This document shows positions 9,834-24,709 of a stretch of 59,231 nucleotides of DNA, piece after piece. Every line of letters starts with the position of its first letter. The first letter of the stretch is position 1. Position numbers and translations under genes: made by a program. The stretch is from Campylobacteraceae bacterium. Its GTDB lineage: Bacteria; Campylobacterota; Campylobacteria; Campylobacterales; Sulfurovaceae. The DNA lies in the NCBI GenBank assembly GCA_026994745.1, contig JALWPZ010000155.1, positions 1 to 59,231 on the forward strand. The letters run 5' to 3'. The notes below the pieces were generated by a model, which worked only from the letters and a program-made list of their open reading frames with translations, was not told the DNA's origin and ran no database searches.

Positions 9834-9913
9834 CGTCATTCCGGGCTTGAGTCGGAATCCAAGAGCCTGAGTATCCATAGTACCGTGAATCCTGAATCGA
9901 GTTCAAGATGACG
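9834..9913. repeat. Inverted dimer of CGTC-tagged REP-like palindromes
   Basis: CGTC-ATTCCG-N9-CGGAAT (9834-9858) and, on the - strand, CGTC-ATCTTGAA-CTCGA-TTCAGGAT (ending 9913). Confidence 0.7.
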
Positions 9914-9939
9914 CGAGGGAAACCCTCCGTTTTTCAGAG

Positions 9940-12571
<2,632 letters not shown>

Positions 12572-12669
12572 TTCCCCCAGCTCTTTTTGGGTAAAATAGC
12601 CTACTTTTCTCCTCCGATATCCACGAGAGAGGGGAACACCCTGACGTTTCTAGAAAGGCAGGCGAATCG

Positions 12670-13725
12670 ATGATCGTCCCCATCCGTTTATTGACAGAAC
12701 AAGAGCGTCGTTACGATATCGTGATCGATGCGCTTCCGGAATTGAATTTCCAGCGCAAGGTCGCAGTGGTGAGCAATCCTACTGTGGCGGGATTGCACAA
12801 GGATCGTTTGCTGCAACGACTGAAGGCTCCGCAGATCGAGTGGATCGAGGTCCCTGACGGGGAGGAGTACAAAACCATGGATACGGTGCTGGGGATTTTG
12901 GACCGGCTCTTCGAAGCCCAGTTCGACCGTCGATCCCTCCTGATCGCCTTCGGGGGAGGGGTGATCGGAGATATGACCGGATTCGCCGCCAGCATCTATC
13001 AGCGGGGCATCGGTTTCGTGCAGATCCCTACCACGCTTCTGAGCCAGGTGGACGCCAGCGTAGGGGGAAAGACCGGGGTCAACACTCGCTGGGGCAAGAA
13101 TCTTATCGGTTCCTTCTACCAGCCCGAGGCGGTTTACATCGATCCGGCCTTTCTCGAAACCCTGCCTCCCCGGGAGTATGCCGCCGGGATCGCCGAAGTG
13201 GTCAAGATGGCGGTGATGTTCGATCGGGAATTTTTCGACTTTCTCGAGAGTCACGATCTTCGGGAGGAGGAGTCGGTCAAGCGGATGATCGCCCGCAGCG
13301 TCTCTCTCAAGGCCGAAGTGGTCAATCAGGACGAGAAGGAACGTGGGCTGCGCGCCGTACTTAATTATGGCCATACTTTCGGACATGTGGTGGAGAACGA
13401 GACCGGATACTCCCGCTATCTTCATGGGGAGGCGGTCGCCATCGGAATGGTGATGGCCAACGAGTTGGCGGTGCGTCTGGGTCTGCTCAGCCGGGAAGAA
13501 GCCGAAAGGATCCGAAAACTCCTGGAGCGGTACAAGCTGCCGACGGGTTACGAGATCGAGGATGTGGAGGCGTTCTACGACCATTTCTTTCTGGACAAGA
13601 AGAGCGCCCATGGAAAGATCAAATTCATCCTGCCGGGAGGGAGCATCGGTACTCATGTGATCCGGGACGATCTGGCGGAAAAGGTGGTCAAAGAGGTATT
13701 GCATGAATTCGGGAGGCAAGGGTGA
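12670..13725 (+). CDS. aroB: 3-dehydroquinate synthase
   Basis: GGGVIGD, PTTLLSQVDASVGGKTGVN, LNYGHTFGH, HGEAV. Confidence 0.98.
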   Translation: MIVPIRLLTEQERRYDIVIDALPELNFQRKVAVVSNPTVAGLHKDRLLQRLKAPQIEWIEVPDGEEYKTMDTVLGILDRLFEAQFDRRSLLIAFGGGVIGDMTGFAASIYQRGIGFVQIPTTLLSQVDASVGGKTGVNTRWGKNLIGSFYQPEAVYIDPAFLETLPPREYAAGIAEVVKMAVMFDREFFDFLESHDLREEESVKRMIARSVSLKAEVVNQDEKERGLRAVLNYGHTFGHVVENETGYSRYLHGEAVAIGMVMANELAVRLGLLSREEAERIRKLLERYKLPTGYEIEDVEAFYDHFFLDKKSAHGKIKFILPGGSIGTHVIRDDLAEKVVKEVLHEFGRQG

Positions 13726-15380
13726 TCGTCCGCTTCCTCCTTTTCGCCCTTCTCCTCAACTGGACGATATTGGCGGCATCCTCCCCCGCAGGACAGGAGC
13801 GCAACGCCACGGAGCGCAAAGCCCAGACGACTCCGTCCCAGGAGCATCGGGTCAGTGCCCTGATGGAGCGGCTCTCCGATCTGGAGCGTGAGAGCGGAGA
13901 GGGGAACATCTGGACCAAGATCTATAGTAGCTACCGCACCTATCAGGAGCTGAGAAAACGTCAGGAGTGGCTCATCGGGGAGATCTTCCGTCTTCAGAAG
14001 AAGAAAAACCTGAGCGAAAAGGAGAAAAAGCTCCTGGAAAAGTACAGGATCGAGCGACAGACCAACGAGGGGAAACTCCAGCTGCTCTCCGAGTTCCAAC
14101 TCGATCCCTTCAAAAAGCTCCTGGAACCTCCGAAGATTTCGGAGGTTCCAGAGATCGGCAACCCCTTCAGCATCATTTCGGCGCTCTCCTATCTGAAAAA
14201 ACTCTCCGGAGAGGAGAAAGGCTACGAGCAGAGCTTCGAGACCCTGGAGAGGACCCTGCACTCTCTGGAGGAGGAGCGCAAGCTTCTCAAAGAGATGCTG
14301 CGCTACCAGCCGAAGAGCTCCCAGCTCATCCGAAGGCTCAAGGAGGTCGAGCAGGAGATCGAAACCCTGCAACCCACCTACGAGATTTTCAAAACCACCA
14401 AGGAGGTCTATCGCAAAAAGATCGAGGAGATCCGTCTCAAGCTCAACGGGGAGATCAGACGGGAGATCGAAAAGGCCGCCACCATCGGGGGGATCATTCT
14501 CTTCCTCTTCATTCTCTTTTTGATCTTCAAATTCCTGGTACGGAAATATCTGGCGGACAAAGAGAGTTTCTACACCATCAACAAGGTGGCCAACTTTCTC
14601 TTCATCACCGTGATGGTGATGACACTTCTGTTCGCCTACATCGAGAATGTCAACTATATGGTGACGATCCTGGGCTTCGCTTCGGCGGGGATCGCCATCG
14701 CCATGAAGGATTGGTTCATGTCCCTCATGGGATGGGTCGTCATCGTCATGGGAGGGAGCATCCACGTCGGCGACCGGATCAAGGTGGTGCGCAACGGGAT
14801 CGAATACGTGGGGGATGTGGTGGATATCTCCCTGCTTCGGATGACCATTCAGGAGGACATCACGCTGACCACCTACATGCACAACCGACGGGCGGGGCGG
14901 ATCATTTTCGTTCCCAACAACTATGTCTTCACCGATATGATCGCCAACTATTCCCATGCCGGGCTCAAGACGGTCTGGGACGGGATCGATTTCACCGTCA
15001 CCTTCGATTCTGATGCCTCCCGGGCCGCCAGCATCGCCAAAGAGGTGACCAAAAAGTACTCCAAAGGATATACCGACATCACCCGAAAGCAGCTCAACAA
15101 ACTGCGCAGCAGTTACCACTTGAAAAATACCAATGTCGAACCGAGAGTCTTCACCTTCATCGAACCCTATGGGATCCGGATCAGCGCCTGGTACCTGACC
15201 AACGCCTTCGCGACCCTGACCCTGCGCAGCACCATCAGCCACGAGATCCTGGAGCGGATCCGGGCCGAGGATGGGATCGCGCTGGCCTATCCCACCCAGT
15301 CGCTCCATCTGGAGGGAAGGCCGCCGGCGCCAGAGTCGAACCACGGAGAGGGCGAACCGAAAAAAGGGGAAACTGCATGA
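13722..15380 (+). CDS. MscS-family mechanosensitive channel with long periplasmic coiled-coil N-terminus
   Basis: Signal peptide; LGFASAGIAIAMKD; VGDRI...GDVVDISL; VPNN; AYPTQ. Confidence 0.9.
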   Translation: MIVRFLLFALLLNWTILAASSPAGQERNATERKAQTTPSQEHRVSALMERLSDLERESGEGNIWTKIYSSYRTYQELRKRQEWLIGEIFRLQKKKNLSEKEKKLLEKYRIERQTNEGKLQLLSEFQLDPFKKLLEPPKISEVPEIGNPFSIISALSYLKKLSGEEKGYEQSFETLERTLHSLEEERKLLKEMLRYQPKSSQLIRRLKEVEQEIETLQPTYEIFKTTKEVYRKKIEEIRLKLNGEIRREIEKAATIGGIILFLFILFLIFKFLVRKYLADKESFYTINKVANFLFITVMVMTLLFAYIENVNYMVTILGFASAGIAIAMKDWFMSLMGWVVIVMGGSIHVGDRIKVVRNGIEYVGDVVDISLLRMTIQEDITLTTYMHNRRAGRIIFVPNNYVFTDMIANYSHAGLKTVWDGIDFTVTFDSDASRAASIAKEVTKKYSKGYTDITRKQLNKLRSSYHLKNTNVEPRVFTFIEPYGIRISAWYLTNAFATLTLRSTISHEILERIRAEDGIALAYPTQSLHLEGRPPAPESNHGEGEPKKGETA

Positions 15381-16616
15381 GCAAAGAGCGGGTCTATTTC
15401 AAAACCTTCGGCTGTCGCACCAATCAGTTCGACACCCAGGTGATGCGCAGCCGTCTGGAGGATTACGAACTGAGCGAGGACGAGCGAGAAGCCGACGTCA
15501 TCGTGGTCAACTCCTGTACCGTCACCAACGGGGCCGACGCGACGGTACGCCACTATCTCAACGCCGTGCGACGCAAGAACCCCGGCGCCCGGGTGGTCCT
15601 GGCGGGCTGCGGGGCTCACTCCAAGGGGGAAGAGCTGCTCAAAGACGGCAAGGTTTTCGGCGTCATGGGGCATTCGGAGAAAGAGAGGATCAACGAGATC
15701 CTGAAACAGGACCATCCCTTCTACCAGATCGGGGATCTGGAGCATGTGGATGAAACCGTCGTCGAAGAGTTCGTGGGCAAGAGCCGGGCCTTTATCAAGA
15801 TCCAGGAGGGGTGCGATTTCCGCTGCAGCTACTGCATCATCCCCTTCGTCCGGGGCAACGCCCGGAGCCACGAACCCCAGAAGGTGGTCCGACAGGTGGA
15901 GAAGCTGGCGGCCAACGGTTTCGGGGAGTTCATTCTCACCGGCACCAACGTGGGAAGTTACGGAAAAGATCGGGGATCGAACCTGGCCCGGTTGCTCAAG
16001 CGTCTCAGTCGGATCCGGGGAGTGCGCCGTATCCGGATCGGAAGCTTGGAGCCGATCCAGATCGACGAGGAGTTCAAGGAGCTCCTGGCTGAGCCCTGGA
16101 TGGCCCGGCATCTGCACATCGCCCTGCAGCACACTTCCGACCGGATGCTGGAGATCATGAACCGCCGCAACCGCTATCCGGAGGACCGGGAACTCTTCGA
16201 GGAGCTGGCGGAGCGGGGCTACGCCTTGGGGACCGACTTCATCGTGGGCCATCCCGGTGAGGGAGAAGTGGAGTGGGTCGAAGCGATGGAGCGGATCGAG
16301 AAGCTTCCGCTGACCCACATCCACGCCTTTACCTACTCGCCCAGAGAGGGGACCGCTTCGGCCTCCATGGGGCCTGGAATACGGGGGGATCTGGCCAAGG
16401 CGCGCCATCGGGAGTTGACGGAGCGGATCCGCCGGAAGAATCTGGAGTTCCGCAGACGGTACGACCGTGGTCTGGAGGTCTTGGTGGAGAGCTCCAAAGA
16501 GGGGGTCTATCAGGGGTTCGACCAGTACTACAACCGGGTATCGATCGAGAGCGATTTGGATCTGACCCACAGTTGGGTCCATCTGGAGAGAGTCCAGGCC
16601 GAAGAGGAGGGGAACC

Positions 16617-16636
<20 letters not shown>
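15377..16636 (+). CDS. mtaB: tRNA t6A methylthiotransferase MtaB
   Basis: TFGCRTNQFDT, VNSCTVT, radical SAM CDFRCSYC. Confidence 0.92.
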
Positions 16637-18255
<1,619 letters not shown>

Positions 18256-18269
<14 letters not shown>

Positions 18270-18777
18270 CGGCTTCTGCCTCCGGGGGGAATCGGAGCTC
18301 TTCGCCGACTGGTTGGTGGAGAGCGAGTACACCGTCGCCGGATTCAGCTACGGAGCGATCCGGGCCCTGGAATATACGCTGGCTTCGACCCGGCGCATCG
18401 ATCGACTCTTGCTCTTCTCTCCCGCCTTTTTCCAGACGCGAAAGGAGCGATTCCGACAGCTGCAGCTGGAGGCCTTTCGCAAGGATCCGGAAGCCTATCG
18501 AAGCAATTTCTTCCGGAATGTCGCCGATCCCTCCCCCCTCGATCTGTGCCCCTACGAAACCCAGGGAACGATCGAAGAGTTGGAGGCATTGCTCTACTAC
18601 CGCTGGGACGAGGAGAAGGTCCGCAGGATCATGGAGCGGGGAACGGTGATCGAAGTCTTCATCGGCGAGAAGGACCGGATCATCGACGTGAAGGGGGCAT
18701 TGGAGTTTTTCACCCCTCTGGCGACGGCGACCTACCGCTTTCGCAAGGCGGGACACATTCTTCGAAATGAGAGATGA
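18256..18777 (+). CDS. bioV: Pimeloyl-ACP methyl ester esterase BioV
   Basis: YFSGFCL start, GFSYG nucleophile elbow, GEKD, GHIL; same neighbourhood as in Helicobacter. Confidence 0.8.
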
Positions 18778-18824
18778 GAGGGTTGAAATGAGAAACGGTT
18801 CATATCGATGGAGCATTGAGAATC

Positions 18825-19673
18825 ATGGAAAATGAAGATCTGAAGGGAGCGGAATCAAGATTGTCCCCTGTGGTGGTAATCACTGGCTGTTCCAGTGGGA
18901 TCGGGCGTGTGACCTCCCGCTATCTGAAAGAACGGTTTTGCCGAGTCTATCCCACGGCCCGGACCGACGAAGAGGTGGAGGGGCTGCGAGCCGAGGGCTT
19001 CGAGGGAGCGCTGCGCCTGGATGTCCGCAGGCCCGAGGAGATCGCCGCCGTGATCGAAGAGGTCCTGGCGAAGGAGGGGCGGATCGATGTCTGGTTCAAC
19101 AACGCCGGCTATGGACAGTTGGGCGCCGTGGAGGATCTGCCCACCGAAGCACTGCGGGAGCAGTTCGAGACCAATCTCTTCGGCCTGCACGAGTGCACCC
19201 GGCAGGTCCTGGGGGTGATGCGCCGGCAGGGGCATGGGAAGATCATCCAGCACAGCTCGGTTCTGGGGTTGATCGCCCTGCCGATGCGGGGCGCCTACAA
19301 CGCCAGCAAATATGCCGTCGAAGGGTTGACCGACACCCTGCGGCTGGAACTGGCCGGCAGCGACATCCACGTCTCGCTGCTCAATACCGGCCCGGTCACC
19401 AGCCGCTTCCGGGCCAACGCGGTAGAGACATTGAAAAAGATCGATATCGAGGGCTCGCGCTGGAGGGAACTCTACCGGGCAGCGCTGGAGGGAAGAGCGA
19501 AGAAGGTCCCCTTCAACCTTTCGCCCGAAGCGGTGGCCGAGAAGGTCTACCGGATCGTTCTGAGCGACCGGCCTGCTCCCCGGTACTACATCACCAAGGC
19601 GACCTGGCTCCTGGGCTTCGCCAAACGGATCCTGAGTACCCGTTGGCTGGACCGGGTTCTCAGGAGGGTATAA
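18825..19673 (+). CDS. Short-chain dehydrogenase/reductase (start uncertain)
   Basis: TGCSSGIG, NNAGYG, YNASK. Confidence 0.92.
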   Translation: MENEDLKGAESRLSPVVVITGCSSGIGRVTSRYLKERFCRVYPTARTDEEVEGLRAEGFEGALRLDVRRPEEIAAVIEEVLAKEGRIDVWFNNAGYGQLGAVEDLPTEALREQFETNLFGLHECTRQVLGVMRRQGHGKIIQHSSVLGLIALPMRGAYNASKYAVEGLTDTLRLELAGSDIHVSLLNTGPVTSRFRANAVETLKKIDIEGSRWRELYRAALEGRAKKVPFNLSPEAVAEKVYRIVLSDRPAPRYYITKATWLLGFAKRILSTRWLDRVLRRV

Positions 19674-19719
19674 TAGATAGTAAAGTGTCTCTATATTTCA
19701 AGAAAACAAGGAGTGACGG

Positions 19720-20253
19720 ATGAACAAGATCAATATCGGCATCGTAACCACCAGCGACCGGGCGAGTGAGGGGATCTACGAGGATGAGTCGGGCAAGGCG
19801 ATCATGCAGACGATGAAGGAGTATCTGAAGAATCCCATCGAATTCCACTATCGGTGCATTCCGGACGAGCAGCACACCATCGAAGAGGTTCTGCTGGACC
19901 TCTCCCGGGACAAGAAATGCGAACTGGTCGTCACCACCGGAGGGACCGGCCCCGCGCCCCGGGACGTGACGGTGGACGCCACGATCGCCGTCTGCGACAA
20001 ATTGCTACCGGGCTTCGGAGAGCAGATGCGCGCCGTAAGTCTGCAGTACGTCCCCACGGCGATCCTCTCCCGGCAGACGGCGGGGATCTGCTGCAATACG
20101 CTGATCATCAACCTTCCGGGAAAACCCAAGTCGATCCGGGAGTGTCTCGATGCGGTCTTCCCCGCCGTTCCCTACTGTGTCGATCTCATCGGCGGAAAGT
20201 ACATGGTCACCGATGAAACGGTGATCCAGGCATTCCGGCCAAAAGGGAAATAG
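19720..20253 (+). CDS. mog: Molybdopterin adenylyltransferase
   Basis: SDRASEGIYED, TTGGTGPAPRDVT, NLPGKPKSI. Confidence 0.96.
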   Translation: MNKINIGIVTTSDRASEGIYEDESGKAIMQTMKEYLKNPIEFHYRCIPDEQHTIEEVLLDLSRDKKCELVVTTGGTGPAPRDVTVDATIAVCDKLLPGFGEQMRAVSLQYVPTAILSRQTAGICCNTLIINLPGKPKSIRECLDAVFPAVPYCVDLIGGKYMVTDETVIQAFRPKGK

Positions 20254-20257
20254 GCTG

Positions 20258-20464
20258 ATGGAGATCCGATTCATCGAAGAGAAGTTCAACGAGATCTTCC
20301 GGGAGTTGGAGAAAGAGGTGATGGAGATCCTGGAGGATCAGAGCCTGGACAAGAAACAGACCAATCTGCGGATGAAACCTCTGAGTTCGACGAAACAGAT
20401 CCTGGGCAACGCCCTGGAGAGCATCCGGCTGGTGCACAAATTGGAGAACGAGGGCAAAGAGTAG
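20258..20464 (+). CDS. Small helical hypothetical protein
   Basis: 68-aa ORF tightly packed between mog and the next gene. Confidence 0.75.
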   Translation: MEIRFIEEKFNEIFRELEKEVMEILEDQSLDKKQTNLRMKPLSSTKQILGNALESIRLVHKLENEGKE

Positions 20465-20468
20465 AACG

Positions 20469-22379
20469 ATGGGGAGTGCGGAAGAAGTGGGAGGAAGGGT
20501 CTATTTCGTCTATGTCGCCGAGAGTGCCGAGCTGCGCAAGGATCTGCGGGAGCGGATCGAAGCCCGAACATGGCAGATCCTGGAGAGTGGGGAGTTTTTC
20601 CAGCGGAAACTGAACACCGAAGATCGGGTCCTGGTCCGAGGGCCTCTCGATTTTCTGAAGCGCTCGGTGAAGAAGGCGGAGGAGGAGGGCTTCGCCCTGG
20701 GATTTTTCCCCTCGGAGGATCAGCGAAGACTCGCCAATCTCCTGGATCTGGGCAGCAGCGTCGACGAACGGATGGAGACCCTGGAGAGTGTCGAAGCCCA
20801 GACGGTGGACCTGCTCTACGCGGAGGAGGAGCTGGTGGTCTACAACGCGGTCATCGGCGACGCGCCTCCCTTCTCCTTCCGCGTCGTGTTGATGAACGAC
20901 AGTCTGGCCAGGAACAAGTGGGAGCTGATCTGGGAGTCGATCAAAGAGCTGGGGCGGATGCACCGGGTCAAGAGCACGATCGTTACCGCCAAAGGGCAGA
21001 AGTTCAAGACGGTGCTGACCGGGGTGATCCTCTTCAACCAGCGGACGATTTCTATCGCTGCGCGCCTGGTAGACGAACCGAGCTACAACGACGGAATGCT
21101 CCGGGCGATCCTGATCTCGCCCCGCTCCCTGGTCTCCTACCTCCATCACATTTTCGTGACCCTCTTTCCCCAGTTCCGGCAGACATCGCTGCCCGGATCC
21201 GTGGGGCTGATCAAGACCCAGGAGATGACGGTCGAGTGCGATCCTCCCCTGAAGGTGACGGTGGATGGTAAGGAGATCGGCCAGACGCCCATGGAGTTCA
21301 GCGTCCGCCCCAAAGCGCTGCGTTTCCTGGCCGGAAAGAAGTTCTGGGAGCATAACAAACCGGCCCAGGCCAGCAAAGAGACCGTGCGCATCGACAACCT
21401 GCCCCAGAGCGAAGAGGCGCTCAGCTACGCCCAGAAGCGCCTCCCGCTGCTCAATCACGCCAGCGAACAGGAGTATCGGGACCTCTTCGCCTCCTTGCGG
21501 GAAGATGCGAAGATCAACGGCACCTTCATCGTTTTGATGATCTTCAGTACGCTCCTGGCGACGGTGGGGCTTTTTCTCAACAGTGCCTCCGTCGTCATCG
21601 GCGCGATGTTGCTGGCGCCTTTGATGCAGCCCATCGTCTCTCTGTCCATGGGGATCTTGCGCTGGGACAGTTCCCTGGCCTACCGTTCGATCCAGACGGT
21701 GCTGGAGGGGGTGGGGCTGGTGCTGGCCAGCGCCATGGTGGTGGCCTGGATCCTCCCCTTCGACACGGTGACCGCGGAGATGGCGGGGCGGCTCCATCCG
21801 ACCCTGCTGGACCTGATCGTCGCCGTAGTCTCGGGGATGGCGGCCGCCTACGCCAAGAAGAACGCCAAGGTCAGTGGTTCCCTGGTCGGGGTGGCCGTCG
21901 CCGTCGCCTTGGTTCCGCCGCTCTCCACGGCGGGGATCGGCCTGGGCTGGGGGAGCCTGTCGATGTTCTTCAACGCCTTTTTGCTCTTTTTGACCAACTT
22001 GGTGGGGATCGTGCTCTCGGCGGGGCTGGTCTTCATGCTGATGGGGTTCTCCCCCATCAAACGGGCCAAGAAGGGGCTGGCCTTCGGGTTGGCGTTCGTG
22101 ATCCTGGTGTCGATCCCCCTGACGATCTCCTTCCGTCAGATGGTCTTCGACGCGCGCCTCAAACGGACACTGCAGGCCCAGGTCTTTCATCTGGGCAACA
22201 AGAGCGTGGAGATCGATCGTCTGGAGCTGCGGCACATCAAGGGGAAGGATCTGCTCGTCTGTGATCTGATCGTCTCCAGCCCCCTGAAGAAGGAGGAGGT
22301 CCAGCGGCTCAAGAAAGAGATCGAAGGGATCGCGAAGCAATCCCTGCAGGTAGAGTTCGTGCAGCGGATCCGGATCTGA
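20469..22379 (+). CDS. DUF389/TIGR00341 membrane protein with N-terminal diacylglycerol-kinase-like region
   Basis: VVIGAMLLAPLM and GVAVAVALVPPL (DUF389); TVDGKEIGQTPMEFSVRPKAL resembles the DAGK/YegS C-terminus. Confidence 0.85.
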   Translation: MGSAEEVGGRVYFVYVAESAELRKDLRERIEARTWQILESGEFFQRKLNTEDRVLVRGPLDFLKRSVKKAEEEGFALGFFPSEDQRRLANLLDLGSSVDERMETLESVEAQTVDLLYAEEELVVYNAVIGDAPPFSFRVVLMNDSLARNKWELIWESIKELGRMHRVKSTIVTAKGQKFKTVLTGVILFNQRTISIAARLVDEPSYNDGMLRAILISPRSLVSYLHHIFVTLFPQFRQTSLPGSVGLIKTQEMTVECDPPLKVTVDGKEIGQTPMEFSVRPKALRFLAGKKFWEHNKPAQASKETVRIDNLPQSEEALSYAQKRLPLLNHASEQEYRDLFASLREDAKINGTFIVLMIFSTLLATVGLFLNSASVVIGAMLLAPLMQPIVSLSMGILRWDSSLAYRSIQTVLEGVGLVLASAMVVAWILPFDTVTAEMAGRLHPTLLDLIVAVVSGMAAAYAKKNAKVSGSLVGVAVAVALVPPLSTAGIGLGWGSLSMFFNAFLLFLTNLVGIVLSAGLVFMLMGFSPIKRAKKGLAFGLAFVILVSIPLTISFRQMVFDARLKRTLQAQVFHLGNKSVEIDRLELRHIKGKDLLVCDLIVSSPLKKEEVQRLKKEIEGIAKQSLQVEFVQRIRI

Positions 22380-22386
22380 GGCGGAA

Positions 22387-24024
22387 ATGATCGGGAGAGA
22401 GGATCCGCGCCGAGCTTTCGGAAATCTCCTGGCTCTGCTGCTCACGATCCTCCTGGGCTGGAGGATCGATGCCCATCCTCTTTCCGGCGAGGGTCCGGCC
22501 CCGATCGAGCTCAGTCAGGAGGAGAAGGCGTATCTGTCGGGGAAAAAGGAGATCCGGGTCTGTGACTATGGGGAGTGGATGCCCTACATCGGCCACAGCG
22601 GGGATCGCACCTACGGGATCCTCTACGACTTCTATCAGCACTTCTCTCGGAGTATCGGAGTTCCGATACGATTCACCCACCTGCCGGACCTGGAGTCCTG
22701 TGTCGAAGCGGTTCGCCAGGGATCTTTGGATGCGATCGTCAGCCTGGGCAAACCTAACACCTTTGCGGAGATTCAACTGAGCGAAAGCTTCGGAGAGGAT
22801 TTCCTCGCTATCATCACCCGGATCGAGACCCCCTATCTGGAGAGTATGCATCGACTGCATGGAAAACGGGTCGGGATCAAGGCCCATTACAGGAATCTGA
22901 GAGCCCATTTGAGGGAGAATTATCCCGACCTGGAGTTGGTGGAGGTTCCGTCGAGCTCCGCCGGACTCAAGAAGGTCGCCGACAGAGAGCTCTTCGCCTT
23001 CGTCGACCTCTACCGGGTCGCCGCCTACAAGATTCGCAGGGAACAGGTCGGGATTCTGAAGATCAATACCAAGGTCCCATCCGATCCGCGCAAGGGGCAC
23101 ATTGGGGTGCGTCGGGACAATGAAGTGCTTCGGGGGATCTTCGACAAGGCGATCGCGGCGATGGACCCCAGGGAGAAAACCCGAATCATCGATCACTGGA
23201 TGCGGGTGGAGGAGATCTACAGGCCCGACTATCGACTGATCGCGGAGGTGGTGGCGATAGGGCTCCTGCTCCTCCTCCTCTTTCTCTATTATCATCTACG
23301 GGTTCGTTATCGGCAAAAGGCGGTGTTGGCCCGACAGGCGAAGTTGGCGGGGATGGGAAGCATGATCCGGAACATCGCCCATCAGTGGCGTCAGCCCCTC
23401 GCCCGGATCAACTCCAACGTGGCGGTGCTCAAACATTTCTCCCGGTCGGGAAAGGGAAAGGAAGAGCTCTTCCAACGGAAACTGGACAGTATCGAGGAGA
23501 ATACCCGCCATATGTCGGAGACGATCGAAGCCTTCCTGCGTTTCTTCGATCCGGACAAACAAAAACTGAGTTTCGATCTCGTTCCGTGCGTTCAGAAGGC
23601 ACTGAAACTTTCTGCCATCGAGGAGAGAAAGATCGAGGTGGTGTTCGATGCAAAGCCGAATGTGAAGGTGTATAATTACGAAAACGAGTTGACACAGGTG
23701 CTCCTGATTATCCTGGAGAACGCCATAAGGGTTCTTCAGGAGCGGGGGATCGCTCATCCCCGCGTCGAGATCTCGATGGAGGAAAAGGGGGGAGAGGTCC
23801 TGATCGTAATCTGTGACAATGGCGGTGGAGTTCGCGCCCGGGAACCCGAACGGATTTTCGAACTCCACTATAGTGAACAGTCCGAACAGAAGGGGAGAGG
23901 AGTTGGTCTGTATATGGCGAAGCTGCTGACAGAGAACAGTATGGGTGGAACGCTTCGGTTGCGTAATGAAACAAAGGGAGCCTGTTTCGAGATCCGGCTG
24001 CCAATAGGGGAGGACGATGATTGA
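22387..24024 (+). CDS. Sensor histidine kinase with periplasmic SBP-family-3 domain
   Basis: H-box IAHQWRQPL, N-box ILENA, DNGGG, GRGVGLY; TM segment before the kinase core. Confidence 0.93.
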   Translation: MIGREDPRRAFGNLLALLLTILLGWRIDAHPLSGEGPAPIELSQEEKAYLSGKKEIRVCDYGEWMPYIGHSGDRTYGILYDFYQHFSRSIGVPIRFTHLPDLESCVEAVRQGSLDAIVSLGKPNTFAEIQLSESFGEDFLAIITRIETPYLESMHRLHGKRVGIKAHYRNLRAHLRENYPDLELVEVPSSSAGLKKVADRELFAFVDLYRVAAYKIRREQVGILKINTKVPSDPRKGHIGVRRDNEVLRGIFDKAIAAMDPREKTRIIDHWMRVEEIYRPDYRLIAEVVAIGLLLLLLFLYYHLRVRYRQKAVLARQAKLAGMGSMIRNIAHQWRQPLARINSNVAVLKHFSRSGKGKEELFQRKLDSIEENTRHMSETIEAFLRFFDPDKQKLSFDLVPCVQKALKLSAIEERKIEVVFDAKPNVKVYNYENELTQVLLIILENAIRVLQERGIAHPRVEISMEEKGGEVLIVICDNGGGVRAREPERIFELHYSEQSEQKGRGVGLYMAKLLTENSMGGTLRLRNETKGACFEIRLPIGEDDD

Positions 24025-24709
24025 GCGAAGCATTCTCTACGCGGAAGACGATCCCGTCGTTCTGGAGAACTATGCACTGATCCTTCGAGGCTTTTTCGAA
24101 GTGATCCATACGGCCTCCGACGGGGAGGAGGCGTTGCGGATCTATCGGGAACGATGCCCCGACGCGATGCTGCTGGACATCAATCTCCCCCGGATGGACG
24201 GATTGGAGTTGGCCAGGATCGTCCGACAGGAGGATCCCGGGATTCCCATCGTGATCCTGACGGCGCATTCGGAGAAAGAGAGACTCCTCGAAGCGATCCC
24301 GCTGGGATTGAAGCGTTATCTCTTGAAACCGGTAAGCGAAAAGGAGTTCCGGGAGAGTATGCTGGAGATATTGAGGTTGCTGGATCATCGGCGCCGCATC
24401 GTCTTCAGAGAGAAAGAGCTCTCCTGGGATCTTAGGACCCGGGAGTTGTTGTACAAGGAGGAACGGATCAAACTCTCCCAAAAGGAGAGGCTTCTGCTCA
24501 CCCTTCTGGCCGATCGGCCGGGATCCTTTATCGAAAAGGAGCGACTGATCGCGGAGATATGGGAAGGGGAGAGCATCGACGCTTCCCACTCCGGAAAACT
24601 GGCGCAACTGGTCTATCGTCTGCACGGAAAACTCTCCGAACGACTCGGAAGAGAGGTCGCGCCCATCGAGAACAGCTACTCCCTTGGATATCGGATCCTG
24701 ACTCTCTAA
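24017..24709 (+). CDS. OmpR-family response regulator
   Basis: AEDD, LLDINLP, LTA, LKP receiver residues; winged-helix C-terminus ending SLGYRI. Confidence 0.93.
   Translation: MIERSILYAEDDPVVLENYALILRGFFEVIHTASDGEEALRIYRERCPDAMLLDINLPRMDGLELARIVRQEDPGIPIVILTAHSEKERLLEAIPLGLKRYLLKPVSEKEFRESMLEILRLLDHRRRIVFREKELSWDLRTRELLYKEERIKLSQKERLLLTLLADRPGSFIEKERLIAEIWEGESIDASHSGKLAQLVYRLHGKLSERLGREVAPIENSYSLGYRILTL

Noticed and set aside
20286-22445. 719-aa minus-strand ORF (also 27044-29518, 25530-27284, 13653-15344 and similar)
   Set aside because: These are antisense to well-supported genes; long shadow ORFs are expected with GC-rich codon usage and they show no recognisable motifs.
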